This document shows positions 60,239 through 64,000 of a stretch of DNA of 64,000 nucleotides, piece by piece. Position numbers and translations under genes: made by a program. Position 1 is the stretch's first letter; each line of letters opens with the position of its first letter. The stretch lies in NCBI RefSeq assembly GCF_003334305.1, contig NZ_QOWS01000004.1; one strand, 5' to 3'. This DNA is from Escherichia coli. GTDB taxonomy: Bacteria; Pseudomonadota; Gammaproteobacteria; Enterobacterales; Enterobacteriaceae. The notes beneath the pieces were generated by a model. The model was not told the origin of the DNA. It worked only from the letters and a program-made list of their open reading frames with translations, and made no database searches.

Positions 60239-61111
60239 ATGCGCTATTTCATACTAATGTTCACTTTCGTGTGTTCCTTTGTTGCAGCCCAACCAACTAT
60301 TGTCCCACAATTACAGCAACAAGTTACGGATCTTACGAGTAGCTTAAACTCACAAGAAAAGAAAGAACTGACGCACAAGTTAGAATCTATTTTCAATAAT
60401 ACCCAAGTGCAAATTGCTGTATTAATTGTTCCCACAACCAAAGACGAGACAATTGAACAATATGCTACAAGAGTTTTTGACAATTGGCGTTTAGGAGATG
60501 CCAAACGTAATGATGGGATACTGATCATTGTTGCCTGGTCAGATCGTACTGTCCGCATCCAGGTAGGTTATGGGCTGGAAGAAAAGGTAACCGATGCTCT
60601 GGCTGGAGATATCATCCGTAGCAACATGATACCCGCATTTAAACAACAAAAATTTGCTCAGGGATTAGAGCTAGCTATAAACGCTTTGAATAACCAACTC
60701 ACTTCACAACACCAATATCCGACTAATCCTTCAGAAAGTGAATCAGCGTCTTCCAGTGATCATTATTACTTTGCTATTTTTTGGGTATTTGCAGTGATGT
60801 TCTTCCCTTTCTGGTTTTTTCATCAAGGCAGTAATTTTTGTCGCGCATGTAAAAGTGGAGTCTATATTTCAGCAATCTATCTTTTAGATTTATTCCTGTT
60901 CTCCGATAAAATTTTTTCCATTGCTGTATTTTCCTTCTTTTTTACTTTCACCATATTTATGGTCTTTACCTGTTTATGTGTACTTCAGAAAAGAGCATCA
61001 GGTAAAAGTTATCATTCAGACAACAGCGGTTCCGGTGGAGGCTCAAGTGGCGGCGGATTTAGCGGCGGTGGCGGTTCTTCTGGAGGTGGCGGCGCATCCG
61101 GCCGCTGGTAA
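60239..61111 (+). CDS. ygcG: TPM-domain membrane protein with Gly/Ser-rich C-terminal tail
   Basis: 290 aa from [19 protein letters not shown] (signal peptide), then a TPM/phosphatase-like domain, TM segments, and the tail [28 protein letters not shown]. Confidence 0.85.
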   Translation: MRYFILMFTFVCSFVAAQPTIVPQLQQQVTDLTSSLNSQEKKELTHKLESIFNNTQVQIAVLIVPTTKDETIEQYATRVFDNWRLGDAKRNDGILIIVAWSDRTVRIQVGYGLEEKVTDALAGDIIRSNMIPAFKQQKFAQGLELAINALNNQLTSQHQYPTNPSESESASSSDHYYFAIFWVFAVMFFPFWFFHQGSNFCRACKSGVYISAIYLLDLFLFSDKIFSIAVFSFFFTFTIFMVFTCLCVLQKRASGKSYHSDNSGSGGGSSGGGFSGGGGSSGGGGASGRW

Positions 61112-61121
61112 CTCAACCATA

Positions 61122-61151
61122 AAAAATGCCAGCCCGGAGGCTGGCATTTTT
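61122..61151. terminator. Bidirectional terminator between ygcG and eno
   Basis: AAAAATGCCAGCC-cggag-GCTGGCATTTTT. Confidence 0.75.
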
Positions 61152-61170
61152 AAATCAGATAAAGTCAGTC

Positions 61171-62484
<1,314 letters not shown>

Positions 62485-62556
62485 TCACTAGTTAAACTGA
62501 AACTCCAGACAAACAACGCGTACCCAGGGTACGCGTTGCCGTTCTAACTTTTTTAC

Positions 62557-64000
<1,444 letters not shown>

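Overview
The window is collinear with the Escherichia coli chromosomal segment hycCBA / hypABCDE-fhlA / ygbA / mutS / pphB / ygbI-N / rpoS-nlpD-pcm-surE-truD-ispFD-ftsB / ygbE-cysCND / iap / CRISPR-cas / cysHIJ / queD / ygcNOP-ygcQRSUW-yqcE-ygcE / second CRISPR / queE / ygcG / eno / pyrG. It is not K-12. Three things show this: a UbiX/UbiD/zinc-ribbon decarboxylase cluster with a MarR regulator lies between ygbN and rpoS; the type I-E cas3-to-cas6e proteins are strongly diverged from the K-12 ones as I remember them; and an intact hok/mok toxin locus lies between cas3 and cysH. Nearly all large ORFs are recognisable housekeeping or y-genes. I saw no tRNA, rRNA, IS, integrase or prophage genes.

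Main items:
- A complete type I-E CRISPR-Cas locus: cas3-cse1-cse2-cas7-cas5-cas6e-cas1-cas2, a leader, and 13 perfect repeats plus 1 degenerate repeat.
- A second, cas-less array of 10 repeats with its own homologous leader, and beside it a decayed 3-repeat remnant.
- A structurally complete hok/mok locus with 5'/3' fold-back complementarity, directly upstream of cas3.
- The observation I consider most likely to be undescribed. The divergent ygcW and yqcE operons each start with a leader intrinsic terminator. Each terminator is preceded by an alternative antiterminator helix, and the two leaders share sequence and show compensatory base changes. A perfect CRP site lies between them, and a GlpP-family antiterminator gene (ygcP) lies in the same orphan flavoprotein/kinase/transporter island.

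All calls come from reading the sequence and from memory of the protein families. No database search was run.
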